A stretch of DNA of 44,242 nt from Octopus bimaculoides. Lineage: Eukaryota. Within the stretch, counting starts at the first letter, position 1. Every line of letters begins with the position of its first letter. Shown piece after piece: positions 22,410 through 34,972 of this stretch. The notes beneath the pieces were generated by a model that ran no database searches, had not been told where the DNA came from, and saw only the letters and a list, made by a program, of their open reading frames with translations. The stretch spans positions 164,870,552-164,914,793 of the forward strand of contig NC_068983.1 of the NCBI RefSeq assembly GCF_001194135.2, written 5' to 3'. Position numbers and translations under genes: made by a program.

Positions 22410-22900
22410 GGTGATGGGATCAATTTTAAGATAGCTAAAGCCAACACAGCTGATGAAAGATTACGTTCTAAAGTTTGAGAGCGTAAGGATGACAACATCA
22501 GCACCAATTTGAATATCTACCAAACAGTCGTGGCTACGGTGCTCCTCATTACATGTGAGACATGCATAGCTGTGTCGATTGCTCCACAAGAAATGGTGAG
22601 ACAAGTGATCCAATCAGCGAAACTCACGCTAACACATACTCTAAAGCAAAAGAAGCAAGTTGGTTGGAACGATGATCTTGACCTCCACATGGTTACTATG
22701 AGGAAACAAAAGCAAGTTCTCTTCGTAAATATGTAGCAAGGGAGAGAACAGTCGACAGTCATAAGACATCACGAGATGAACCTGAAATTAGCATTTAAAG
22801 CAATGAGTCTTGAAACAGACGCTTGAGAACAGCTTGGCCAGAAAAGAACTGTGTAGCATATTCACATCAGCAAAGGTGCCAAATCCTCACAAGAGACAAA
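22410..22900 (+). mobile_element. RTE-clade LINE 3' fragment, degenerate
   Basis: Reads INFKIAKANTA.ERLRSKV*ER..NISTNLNIYQTVVATVLLITCETC...HMVTM...KQVLF...QGR....LKLAFKAMSLETDA*EQL. The RTE/BovB pattern is RI.KA..AFGRLR..VW....I...TKL.IY.AVV...LLY.CETW...GHV.RM...KQ.LYG...WE.LA. Confidence 0.7.
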
Positions 22901-24131
22901 CATTCATGCTGTGGAAACCAGACGTGACCTCTGTAAAGGGTGGTCAGCTGACACGTCTGTTGGCGTCTAGAACTATATGTGCCCTCCATGTAACTTTTAT
23001 TTCCGTTTTAAAATTGGTCTCCTCAACAATTTAAGTCTATATGAGACCTAATCAACTAAATTCATTGTGAGTCTTCATTGACAACTGTCGCACGAACACA
23101 CACGCGCATACGTGCACGCATACTTTCTGCTTTAACCTGGTCACCACCGTTTTGATCAGGCTTAATCTACTTTTAGAGGCTCCGTTTCTTTTTAATTTAT
23201 TCTTTTCTTGTATGAATTTACTCTCTTTAATGAATGTAGAGTCGTTCAACTCCACCAACAATGTCTACTTTCATCTTGTAACAACATGCATCCACCAATA
23301 ATAAAATAACTGTCTCGTATTCACAGCCAACGTCTTTCTCTTTTCAAGCGGAATAAAAGTTCTCCGTCCGATTTTATTATTACAAATCATTTTTCCTTAT
23401 ATAAAACTAGCCAATATAATATTATTACATTTGCTGGCCCATTCTGCATAAAATTTTGTTATGCTTTCCACTTTGATTATGGAAATTTATATCTAAACGG
23501 AAGGCAAGTTTATGAATTCAGAACTGTCTTTTATTTCTTGTACAGTTTCATTTTAGCGTTTCTGCTTTATATTTCCAATAATATTTTGACGAGAGAGAAG
23601 AGAAGATATTAACGTGCTTTAAAGTTTCATAAGATTCTTTTAATGCCAGTCATGTCGACCATAATATTAACCAGAAGGGAAACAATACAATCGGTTGATT
23701 CTAGAAAGTATTTAAAGATGTTAAACAGATTCCTTCGGGAAATCAAGGAACATAAAAAATCCGCCACATCGTTGTTTATTTCGTACCACCAGCTCCGTTT
23801 GTTTTAATAATAATTTAAGTAAGGACAGACGATATTTTGTAGAGAAATTGTTCAAGCGATCGAATTACCCAGATTTTGATGGAAACTTATTTCCCAGAAA
23901 TCTGAAGTCCGGATTACAAGGATAGAATAAATACAAATTCCCTTTGTCCCTAGAATTATTCGAAGTGGTTGGTTGTAAACTTCCTTTAATTAATTTTGTA
24001 ACTATATCTTTGACTTGCCCTCATCTCAGGATGCGCACTAACCGCACCGGTAACATTAAACGGTCACTGCATTTTACTTTCTCATTCATATTGTCATATA
24101 CCCTGATCACTTTAGCGAATGAGTTCTAATA

Positions 24132-24305
24132 GGCGCAGGCGAGACTGACTGGTAAGAAGTTAGCTTCCAACCCCATGGTTCCGGTTCGGTCCCACTGCAA
24201 GGCAACTTGGACAAGTGTCTTCTACTATAGCCTCAGACTGACCAGAGCCTTCCGAGTAGATTTGGTAGACAGAAACTGAATGAATCCTGTGGTATATATT
24301 TACGT

Positions 24306-24344
<39 letters not shown>

Positions 24345-24560
24345 TGTGTGTCTTTGTATCTGTGCTTGTCCCTTACCACCTCTTCAGAGTTGGTGCAAGT
24401 GTGTTTATTTCCCCGTAACATAGCAGTTCCATGAACGAGATCGATACAATAAGTACCAGGCTTTTAAAAAAAAAAGGGACTGGGGTCGATTCGTTCGAGT
24501 TAAAGTTCTTCAGGACAATGCTCCAATGACCGTAGTCTAATGATTGGAACCAGTAAGATA
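24132..24560 (+). mobile_element. SINE family B, full length
   Basis: Collinear with 20796-21248, with internal (TG)n. Confidence 0.85.
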
Positions 24561-25054
24561 AATGATGTATGTGTGTGTGTGCCTGCCTGTATGTAAATGA
24601 ATGTGCATAGGCTCACATTGTTGATTGAAGAGTAGTCAATTTTTGTAACCCATTATCTCCCTGGTTCTAATGTTATTCCATGAGGAACGGGACGAGATTG
24701 AACTCGGTATATCACGGAAGGACACTAAAATCTTAATCAATTATTCGGATGCTTTGCTATTTTTGGCATTCGGTTTCCACTCTAGCGCACGCGAAACGCT
24801 ATATATTTTAGAAGCAGAAAACAAGTGATTAAGTTATTTTTTCTCTACAAAAAAAATTAAACTCGGCAGATTTTTTTAAAAAGTGCTCCACCAATTTTTC
24901 CCTCTGCCGCTCATTCGATCTGTAAAGAAAATAAATTGCACATTAACGGAGATGGGTTTTTTTTCTGTAATGATTGCAGGTTGTTAGAAACAGCACAATA
25001 TCTGACTCCATGTCGAGTGAAACAATGTCACGTTACTGTAGACTCTCTTTGATA

Positions 25055-25286
25055 CAGGGTGTTCAAAAGGTCTCTCCACAGTAAGTATTTAATTGTTTTC
25101 GGGTGATTCTTGTACATTGATCCCTTATTTGCTCCCCAGAAAAAAAGTCTGGCGGTATTAAATCAGGTGAACTTGGTGGCCAAAGTCCCTTCGAAATAAT
25201 CCGTTCACCGAAAAACCCTTGAAGTATCGCCATGGTGATGCGCAGGATGAAAACATTCACTGCGGAGAGACTTTTTGAACACCCTG
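25055..25286 (-). mobile_element. 232-bp internally deleted Tc1/mariner-superfamily element with intact TIRs and TA target duplication
   Basis: TA|cagggtgttcaaaaggtctctccacagt ... actgcggagagactttttgaacaccctg|TA: 28-bp TIRs with 2 mismatches. The minus strand encodes MAILQGFFGERIISKGLWPPSSPDLIPPDFF(L)WG, the WPPRSPDL..DFFLWG catalytic-region motif. Confidence 0.85.
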
Positions 25287-26219
25287 TATTTTAGCAAGGT
25301 CACCTTTGTCGCTCAGAATTTGATATTTCTGGTATGTGACAGACAATATTATCTATATTGGTTTGTCTGAACTCGTACATTATAACCAGTGACTAAATAA
25401 GCTTTCAGTTGTTATCACAATCACATAAATCTGCAGTTATAATAGTTGTTGTAGTCGTTCGGTTCCATTCATAGATCATCGGAGCCTCTCTTTGTCGATC
25501 CTTATCTTTGAATAACCTCTCTGTATCCATAATTCCGTGATAATATTTATCTCATAAGCATTCTGTGGCAAACACGTTTCAAATCGATATAATTTTGAGG
25601 CGTTTAACATCTGTGTTTGGCTTGAAATATTTCCAATATTTAAGAAGGTTATTTTAGTAGTACGTAAAATATTGTTGTAAATCAATTCGAATCTCCTTTT
25701 CTAATAGCAAAAAGTATAACTTATTGCTAACGTGCCTCGAAGAAATTGAAGTGAATTAAAGGAAACAATATCGAATTGACTAATTGCATAAATACGTCAA
25801 GGTGTGCAGTAACGGACGACATCACGCAAGACTCGAAAATTCTCTTTTAGATGAAGGAAAATGAAAACTTGGTGGTAGCTATTCGCAACTTTCAAGTAAA
25901 GGGGAGATAATCCTCAAAAGTACCCAAAAGTAATTTCCTAATATAACTTTAAATGCTTGGAGGAAAAAGGATTTAAGTTTGCAGATCAACTAGTTTAATT
26001 TATGCTGTTAGTAAGTTGCAATAATGCTAAACCATGTCTGTAGCAGTCTCTCGTTTACTCTCTAACAATGACACTAGGTTGTTGGTTACTTTCTCCAGTT
26101 AAGAACGAAATTTCAAGATATTCATAATGTTTCATGTATGTCATGTAGTACAACACCCTTTCACTTCTCTACTAAAATACCTTCAGTTGGCCTCTTTCAG
26201 TTATATCCTTTTGTATCTT

Positions 26220-26445
26220 TTATTTTTTTGTTACTTGTTTCTGTCATTAAATTGCGGCCATGACGGGGCACCGCCTTGATGAATTTTTAGGCAAGAGAAT
26301 CGACCCCAGTACTATTTTAAAGCCTAGTACTTGTTCTATAGGTTTCTTTTTTGCAGAACTGTTAGGTTTACGGGAACATAAACAAACCAACACAGGTAGT
26401 CAAGCGGGATCGGAGCCAACACTGACACAAAACACACACACACAT
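26220..26445 (-). mobile_element. SINE family B, 3' half; a degenerate 5' part probably lies at about 26585-26700
   Basis: gtttctgtcattaaattgcggccatgacggggcaccgcc...atcgaccccagtact...aagcctagtactt matches the family B 3' module. Confidence 0.75.
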
Positions 26446-26521
26446 TAAGGGCCGTTAAGTCAAGACGAATTATAATGGGTAACACCTGGGAGTAATTTTT
26501 TCAAGCAAATAGAATAATTAT

Positions 26522-26581
<60 letters not shown>

Positions 26582-27097
26582 CATCGTCGACGGATTCCTA
26601 GAACTTCTACGTATTTCTTACTTACCACACTTTACAAACAAATTGCTGGGCGACACTGATTGTGGTAGAAAAACTTGTTCAAGGAGCCTTCAATTTCTAG
26701 ATATTGGTTTATATCTCAGGCATGCGGTTATCTACACTGTACTCGAAAAGTACAGGTTCATATCATAACGGCGCCAGGTAATTAGTATCTTGCTTTCGGT
26801 TTCTGGCTAATGTTTGCCGTCCACAAGGATAAATGCTAGCAAAAGTCACACACATGCACTGATACATACACACATACACACATACATACATATACATACA
26901 TGTGTGTGTGTGTGTGTGTAAAACATACATATATGTATAATCTTGGTTGCCTGTGGATATGAAGTCTACGGCTTTCTGGCTGAGAACACGAAATTCGAAT
27001 AGCTGTGATGCGAGTTGCCAGCGGCAACAGTAATGAACAACTCTCGCCTCCGGCATTCAGTTACTGTTTTCAACTTCTCGCCTCTACGCGCGCGCGC

Positions 27098-27134
<37 letters not shown>

Positions 27135-27478
27135 NNNNNNNNNNNNNNNNNNNNNNNNNNNNACACACTCACACTCACTCTCCTCTCCTCTCCTCTCCTC
27201 TCCTCTCCGGCAGAACCATTGAATATGGATTTAGAAGGGTTATCTTTACAAACTAAGCAGCAAACTGATCATATGAAAAATATATAAAAGCGATGAAAAT
27301 TACACACACACTCGTCGTTAATGAACAATACATACATTCATACCTACATATACGCATACACATATAAATACATACACATACATGCACACACATATACATA
27401 CATGCAAACATGCTCACACACATGTACNNNNNNNNNNCATGCAAACATGCTCACACACATGTACATGCATGCATTTTC

Positions 27479-27513
<35 letters not shown>

Positions 27514-28579
27514 TTATATGCATATATGTATACATATTATGCATATATATTATGTATACATATTATATATATATATTATATATATATATACATTAATCTG
27601 GATGTGACTCTGCTAATGCATATTTTGGAGGAGACACATTGTTTAATAAAGTGAAGCGGTCACGGTTTTCCGTAGGCAACTGAATATAGTGTTCTTCAGC
27701 GTCTTGCTAGCCTGGCTAGGGCTCACGTTGTCACGCTTATATATTCGTTTTGCAAGATTCTTGATGTGAAATCGTGTGTTGAAACAGATATTGTTGTATT
27801 TGGGGATGGTCATGTTGCAAGTTTAGCCAATAAAAAACACACGCGCTGTATATTTGGTGTTAATTTGCTTCAGCTTTATTTTATTTCTTACATTAATTGT
27901 ATTTCTTACATTAATTGTATTTCTTACATTGAGTTCTTTCGTCACACATCTCTGACCTCATCAGTGGTACTTTGCTTTCTTCTTTCTTATTTGTGTGTCT
28001 CATTATATATATACATATAATGTATATATATATGTATATATATTTATATATATATACATACATACATATATATACATATAATGTATATATATATATATAT
28101 ATACATACATAATATATACATACAATATATTTATATATATATATATATATATATATANNNNNNNNNNNNNNNNNNNNNNNNNNNNNNNNNNNNNNNNNNN
28201 NNNNNNNNNNNNNNNNNNNNNNNNNNNNNNNNNNNNNNNNNNNNNNNNNNNNNNNNNNNNNNNNNNNNNNNNNNNNNNNNNNNNNNNNNNNNNNNNNNNN
28301 NNNNNNNNNNNNNNNNNNNNNNNNNNNNNNNNNNNNNNNNNNNNNNNNNNNNNNNNNNNNNNNNNNNNNNNNNNNNNNNNNNNNNNNNNNNNNNNNNNNN
28401 NNNNNNNNNNNNNNNNNNNNNNNNNNNNNNNNNNNNNNNNNNNNNNNNNNNNNNNNNNNNNNNNNNNNNNNNNNNNNNNNNNNNNNNNNNNNNNNNNNNN
28501 NNNNNNNNNNNNNNNNTATATATATATATATATATATATATAATGTTTAATATGTAAAATTTACAATGCATCATATATA

Positions 28580-28634
<55 letters not shown>

Positions 28635-29664
28635 AATAAAGTGAATGATGTATCAAGTTAATTTAATTATTTTTTTTAATTCCTTTTCTCGACGGCAAGA
28701 AATATATATTTCTGTGTGTTTACTTTGCGATTACCATAGTTACTACTTAACGAATCTGAGGTCATTCTGCCCTTCGCTCAAGTTTCCCTGAAGAAACAAA
28801 TATATTCTCCTTTATTTGGCCAAGTAAAAATAATACGAGTGATAAACAAATATTTTTCTTTTGCTGCATATCTGATCTTACATTGGCTTTTTTCATTTAT
28901 TTACGCAATTTAATATAAAATAAAAAAGCAGAAAATGCGATAACGGAAATGAGAAGTAAACTACCAATCAGAACATATATTTAGACGAGCAGAGACCCTA
29001 TGGAGTCAAGGTATGATAAAGCTGGAAAGATAATAAATAGTTACGACCAAGGGAGCAGCAGAAAACTGTTATCACTTTCCAATGCTTATTATATGATATG
29101 CATATCATTATTTTATTTTCAACGTTGATAATGTTTTTCTCAGAGGATGAGTACTGACAGGCTGATAGCAGGAAATGTCTAAAACATCATAGATGAGCGT
29201 GGAATTGATGTATCGAAACAAATTGCTACACCAAATGGAAACAGTTTTCTTGATGTAGTTTGGGACACAATTAAATAGAATTTGGGAGTAAAGGTGTTGG
29301 AATTTGGAAAAGTTTTAGATAAAGTTATCTTAAACAAAGTTTAATTTCTACAAGGAAGTTCTAACCCCAGGAAGCTGTTGTAGAAAATAACCGTTGAGTT
29401 CTGAGTCTGGTAAAAAAAAAATTTAGTTCTGGTTTGAAGCAGATCAGAGAGATTTATAAACGCTAAAGTCACAAACAAAAGAATTCTCGTCATTCGTTTT
29501 AAAAAGGAGCTTACTTTTTTGTTTCAAATTACAGTCATTAGTTAAATATATTTAACTTTCGTATTGAAGAGTGATATACATATTATATGTATACATAAAA
29601 AGTAAAAGTATATACAGAAACAGACATATATATATATAGATATATTATATATATATTATATATA

Positions 29665-29862
29665 TTCTTTTACTCTAGTTTGTTTCAGTCATTAGATTAC
29701 AGCCATACTGGAGCAGCGCCTTGAATTTTAGTCGGACGAATCGACCCCAGTAATTACTTTGACTTAAGCCTCGTACTTATTGCCAAACTGTTAAGTTATG
29801 GGGAAGTAAACACTCCAGCACCGGTTTTCAAGCGGTGATACCGGACAAACAGACACACACGC
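29665..29862 (-). mobile_element. SINE family B, 3' half
   Basis: gtttcagtcattagattacagccatactggagcagcgcc...atcgaccccagt...aagcctcgtactt, ending at the internal microsatellite. Confidence 0.75.
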
Positions 29863-29944
<82 letters not shown>

Positions 29945-29949
29945 GTACG

Positions 29950-31885
29950 TAAATTACTTAGATAAATTTCGGCCGAAGTTGGCCCGAGCCATGTCTTATT
30001 CAATAGCACCACCTGAAAAAAAATATACAGTCAGCTCTTGAGCGCCGTAGCCTATTTGAGCAAAGAGTTAGTTTTCAGAGACATATCCGGGTGTGGGTGA
30101 TTTGTCTGATATTTATTGGAGCTAATCATCTAGGGACCGTTTGAATGCCGTGAAATCACTTTCCTCCTTTATGTGGGTTGGCACGATGTTGAAGAGAGCA
30201 GGACCAGTTGAGGTGAAATAGTTCTGTCGTAGTGTTGTGAAACGTCACGAACATGATTTCTGTAGTGGACGAATGGTACGGGTGGTGCAGGTTTCGGGAT
30301 TAATTTTAAAGATGATATATATATCATTTGGGCAATGTTGGTGGAATATTTTCGACGTCATACAGACGATATAGCAATCACGGCGGCGTTGGAGGGAGTA
30401 AAGCCTGAGATTTTTGAGTTGATCTCAATAGTCAAGGCTTGTCATGTCCTCTATGTTTTTGTGATTGATCTCTGAGGAGCTTCAATTTTTATAGTAATCT
30501 GTATTGTGTGGGGGAAAACCACAGGAGACAACAGTTTTCAAGGTGAGGGCGAGCAAAAGTAGAAAGTAGAATAATAGTAGGGGTTTCTCTAGACCGGAAA
30601 ATTCGTGAGGATCGAGGAGCACACTCTGCGAGCCATGTCGACTTTGCTGTTTATGTGAACACTCCAGCTTATTGTGTTAACAGTAGCACCCGGGCCTCTA
30701 GCAGTGCTGGGTACTCCGAGGTTTTCGCTCGAGGGAAGAGTGCTGGGTTGTTGTAATGCAGTCTCTTTGCCGAAGTGGGTTGTGTTGAACTTTTTCTCGT
30801 TTAGCTACATATTATGTTTCTCCGCTCAATGGATAACAACTAAGAGATCAGATTCAAGATTTGTCTTGTCTTCAACCCTATCAACAACCTTCAGTAACTT
30901 AGACATCCGCAAAAAATATGCATGCTACCGTGTTTGATGACTTCAGTGATGTTAATATAAATTATGAAAAGGAGCGGGCCCAATACAGTGCCTTGTGGGA
31001 CTCCACTTATAACCCTGGATGAGATCGATCGGACATCGTCAATCGCCACACATTAAGCTCTGTTCATCAGAAAACATTTAATCCAAGTGAACAGTTTTCC
31101 TCGGACTCCAATGTTGAAGAGTTTCTTTAACAGGGTGCAGTGATCAACCCTGTCAAAGACTTTGCTGAAGTCAAGGTATATGGCATCTGCATTGGAGCTC
31201 TCTCACATGGCCTTTAAGATGACATTGAAATGATGTAAGAGCTGTGTTAAGCTGTCCCTTCCATCGCGGAAGCCATGTTGGTTGGGAATAATCAGGCTGT
31301 TAGATTCCAAGTAGTGAATGAGTCGAGATCTCACCACTCTCTCAAATAATTTGATGATATGAGAGGAAAGTGAGATCCGCCGGTTGTTCAGGGCGAGTGA
31401 TTTTTTTTGCCTTCCTTTCTTGAAATCTGGGATAATCGCCTGGGAGAGGAAATTTTCAGGGATATATCTCGCATCCATTAATTTTCGCCAGAGAATAGCT
31501 AAGGGGAGAGGTAACTGGAGTCGGCACTCCTTCAGGACTCAAGCGGGGAACCTATTAGGGCCTGCAGCCGAGTTGCTCTTTATTTTGCTAATAGCTGGTA
31601 TTGATGTTCAAGGCGTCAAAGGATATGTCAGAAAGGGTCTGCTGCGGTTTTGTTTTTATTTTCGTATATGTTGGCCAGGTTAACAATATCGGGATTGCTG
31701 AAAGCAGAGCAGTATTGTTTCTGCAGAATCTCTACCATGTCTTCTGCAGTACTGTGGAGGGTGTTGTCTTCCGCAATCAGAGATCCGACAGATGAGATAG
31801 CGACCTTGTTTTTTGTTGTTGTTTTTTTGGCGAAAAAGAAGAAAACTTTGGGGTTGCGTTTAATTTTCTCGGTGACCACACTTCT
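29950..31885 (-). mobile_element. CR1-group LINE, 5'-truncated: reverse transcriptase pseudogene plus 3' end
   Basis: Minus frames read KIKRNPKVFFFFAK...EILQKQYCSAFS; IIPDFKKG....NNRRISLSSHIIKLFERVVRSRLIHYLESNSLIIPNQHGFRDGRDSLTQLL; DAIYLDFSKVFDRVDH; SGVPQGTVLGPLLFIIYIN; FAD(V); RPHLENCCLLW; LYSLQRRR; GPALFNIVP. Multiple stops and frameshifts. Confidence 0.9.
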
Positions 31886-32014
31886 CAGTTATTTTTCATT
31901 GGAATGACAAACTTCAAACTGTTTTGGAAATTACATTTTTTTTTTTTATTCCAGTAAGGCGACGTCTGACAGATGGCAATATTATTGCAGCTGGCAATAT
32001 TTTAGCCGGTTTAG

Positions 32015-32092
32015 CTTATAGTAGAGAACACTTGACCAAGGTGCCATGTGGCTGAGAAGCAAGCGTCTAACCAAACTGCCACACCTGCGCCA
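32015..32092 (-). mobile_element. SINE family B head, internally deleted
   Basis: tatagtagagaacacttgaccaaggtgcca|tgtggctgagaagcaagcgtctaaccaaactgccacacctgcgcc is the reverse complement of the family B 5' end. Confidence 0.55.
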
Positions 32093-32398
32093 AAATACTC
32101 AGCGTTTAGCGGTTAAGTGTTATTTCCCGTTGAACGAACGAATGCGTTATCTGAAAGCTTCTTATCACAAATTACATTAAGTTTCCAATCACGACGTCGT
32201 CAATGCAAACTGGCTAAACACTTTAATAGGGCTTCCGTCTGAATAATTACAATTAACCTGTCAACATCATTAATTTACACATATATTACTGGGTTAAGGT
32301 GCTATAAATACATTGGTTATAGTCGCCATAGAGGCATGATACTCAGACACAATGTGCCATTCGGTCAATCATTAATCCAACAATATATCAATACAGAA

Positions 32399-32611
32399 GG
32401 GCGGCGGTGAGCTGGCAGAAATGTTAGCACGCCGGGCGAAATGCTTAGCGGTATCACGTCTGTGTTTACGTTCTGAGTTCAAATTCCGCCTAGGTCGACT
32501 TTGCCTTTGATCCTTTCGGGACCGATAAATTAAGAATTAGTTGCGTACTGGGGTCGATCTAATCGACTGCCCCCCACCAAAATTTCGGGCCTTGTGCCTA
32601 GAGTAGAAAAG
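32399..32611 (+). mobile_element. SINE family A, full length, with a 17-bp target-site duplication
   Basis: A-box-like tggcagaaatgttag and B-box gagttcaaattcc. Flanks are aatatatcaatacagaa (32382-32398) and aatatatcaatatagaa (32612-32628), 16/17 identical. Confidence 0.9.
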
Positions 32612-33336
32612 AATATATCAATATAGAATAACTTTTCAAAATCCACAAAATTAATGTGGAAGATGGCCTCTTGGTCAACCTGGACACGTGATACCAAACG
32701 GTAAAAAAAAAAGACATATTTTTTAACAGTTGAGACCAGAAGAATACTTAATATGAATAGAGAGAAACGCCCAACAGCGTTTTATTAAAGATATTAATAG
32801 ATATTTTGATTTACGTAGACTTCGGAATCCTTATCTTTACCATAACAATTTGATGCAATGATAAGAAGCTATGGGAGTAAGCATGGCATTTAGATTAATG
32901 GTATCGGATATACTTCCATCAGGCGAAAACATAACCTTTTCTAAACCAAGATTCCTTGTCAAATAGGTTCCGTAATTTCTTTCCTACAGGAAATGTATTC
33001 AACAACAGAAACAATACACTGAAAGATTCGGGTTAACGAGATATTACTTATCACATATGCGTTTCGGGTGCGTTATATGAATATACGAGTGTTTACAACA
33101 TTTCCACGACACCTTGTAATATTTAATACAAGAGAGATTTCTAAGAATAGACGCAAGGTCGATGTGTCTTTGTGACACGTAGCCCAAAGACGCTTTGACA
33201 TAATACAATATTGCATGCACACACACAGGCTCACACGCATACATACATATATAGCCATTTAATGAAATCGCACATAGGTTAATGTACAGGATGCAATATC
33301 ATAAAATATCCAATCAGTCGCTATATCGATGCTTAA

Positions 33337-33424
33337 CCAATGTCATTGGTTCTAAAATGAAATAAATAAAAGTTCAAGCATCCATAAACTTTGGTTTATT
33401 TTATTTTAGAACCAATGACATTGG
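33337..33424. repeat. 88-bp near-perfect hairpin / inverted repeat
   Basis: 33337-33366 matches the reverse complement of 33395-33424 at 29/30. An inner stem aaagtt (33369-74) pairs with aacttt (33387-92) around a 12-nt loop. Confidence 0.9.
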
Positions 33425-33450
33425 AAGAATTGCTCAGTGAATAAAATTTA

Positions 33451-33631
33451 CTCTTTCTCTCTCTTTTTCTCTCTTTTTCTCTCTTTTTCTCTCTTTTTCT
33501 CTCTCTTTTTCTCTCTTTTTCTCTCTTTTTCTCTCTCTTTATCTCTCTTTATCTCTCTTTCTCTCTCTCTCTTTCTCTCTCTCTCTTTCTCTCTCTCTCT
33601 TTCTCTCTCTCTCTTTCTCTCTCTCTCTTTT

Positions 33632-33664
<33 letters not shown>
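33451..33664. repeat. Long CT/TTTC polypyrimidine low-complexity tract
   Basis: Direct reading: only C and T, apart from two A. Confidence 0.95.
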
Positions 33665-33667
<3 letters not shown>

Positions 33668-34280
33668 GCACGTACTCGGCCTCGAAGCTGGCCGAGGTGA
33701 CTTTGGCAGTAAAACAGTATTTTTCAATTAGTTTACTCACTCTCTAATATGAAATCAAGCACTGACTATGTACAGACAAGATATACACACACACACATAT
33801 ATTTAATTTTATCGACTTTAAGATATCGACAAGGAATTTCGCTATCTCTCAACCATACAAAATAGACTTGTAGCCTGTCAAAATAAAACAATATATTACT
33901 TCTTGTGACATTAGGAAGACAAATTTATCTCTCATCAGTGCAATATTTCGACAAATCAGTTTGGCTTTGCAAATATAAATCATTTTAGCTACTAATAATT
34001 ATTGGGTAGCAATGAAAGTACGCATCTGTTGAAAAATTGCGTCTTTGAAAGAGAAACAATAATTGCAGGCAGGAGGAAGGAAATTTCGGCGATGATATTA
34101 ATGGGAAAAACAGTTACGCGTAGTGTTAGGTAATGAAGCGATAGAATAACGATGTTTTTAATGTGACATATTCAATGCCATCTTAGGAATCTTGTCTCAG
34201 TATTTACAGGTAATTTAACTATAATCAGTTGCTAATCCTATATTTATCTAACCAAAAGTGATATGGTTATTCCTTATGTT

Positions 34281-34500
34281 AAGGCGGCGAGTTGGCAGAA
34301 CCGTTAGCACGCCGGACAAATTGCTGAGCAGCATTTCATGCGTCTTTACGTTTTAAGTTCAAATTCCGCCGAGGTCAACATTGCTTTTCATCGTTTCGAA
34401 GCCGATAAAATTAGTACCAGTTGAACACAGGGGCAGATCTAATCGATTTCTCCCTTCCTCCGAAATTATTGTTCTTGTGCCAAAATTTGAAGTGACTATT
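34281..34500 (+). mobile_element. SINE family A, full length
   Basis: aaggcggcgagttggcagaaccgttagcacgccgg...aagttcaaattccgccgaggtcaac..., collinear with 32399-32611. Confidence 0.85.
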
Positions 34501-34602
34501 TCTAATGTTTTCATCGTCAAAATTAAACGCATCAGAGTTCAATTCTCTGATAAGAAACAAATGCAACTTTTTTTATCTAAAAAAAAAAACAAGCAAATAT
34601 AT

Positions 34603-34972
34603 CCTTTCTTTGTTTCAGTCATTAGACTGTGACCATTCTGGAGCATCGACCTGACGAATTTTAGTTGAACGCATCGACTCCAGCATTTATTTTTTTTAAG
34701 CCTGTACTTATTTTATCGGTGTCTTTTGCCGAACCACTAAGTTTTGAGGAGAGGAAGCACATCAACGCCGGTTGTTAAGCGGTAATGGACACACACACAC
34801 ACACACACACACACGGTTCTTTTCAGTTTCTGTTTACCAAGTCAACTCGCAAGGCTTTGGTTGGCTTCAGGCTATAGTAGAAGTCACTTGCCCAAGGTGT
34901 TACGCAGTGGGTCTGAACCTGGAACCATGTGGCTAGGAAGCAAGCTTTTTACCGCACAGTCACGCCTATGCT
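34603..34972 (-). mobile_element. SINE family B, full length
   Basis: Collinear with 7273-7679, with internal (CA)n. Confidence 0.85.

Noticed and set aside
23670-23790. ETIQSVDSRKYLKMLNRFLREIKEHK as a mariner catalytic-domain remnant
   Set aside because: Weak similarity to T.....Y...L.R....I..KR, with no TIR or flanking motifs.
27401-27464. 27-bp direct repeat catgcaaacatgctcacacacatgtac on both sides of a 10-N gap
   Set aside because: This is the typical unmerged contig overlap in low-complexity sequence and is likely an assembly artefact.
27690-27830. Minus-strand CCAAT plus TATA arrangement as a promoter
   Set aside because: The downstream ATG gives only an 8-codon ORF, and such motifs are common in AT-rich DNA.
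27882-27930. 18-bp tandem repeat (tatttcttacattaattg, about 2.7 copies) giving ISYINC repeats in an ORF
   Set aside because: A simple slippage minisatellite; the surrounding ORF has no coding support.
29140-29330. Peptide DERGIDVSKQIATPNGNSFLDVVWD as a hAT or RT remnant
   Set aside because: The resemblance is only vague, with stops on both sides and no second motif to confirm it.
33675-33696. 7-bp GC-rich hairpin ctcggcc-tcgaagct-ggccgag as a terminator or Helitron end
   Set aside because: It overlaps a SINE A-like fragment (gccgaggtgactttg), is too short to be significant, and has no CTRR terminus.
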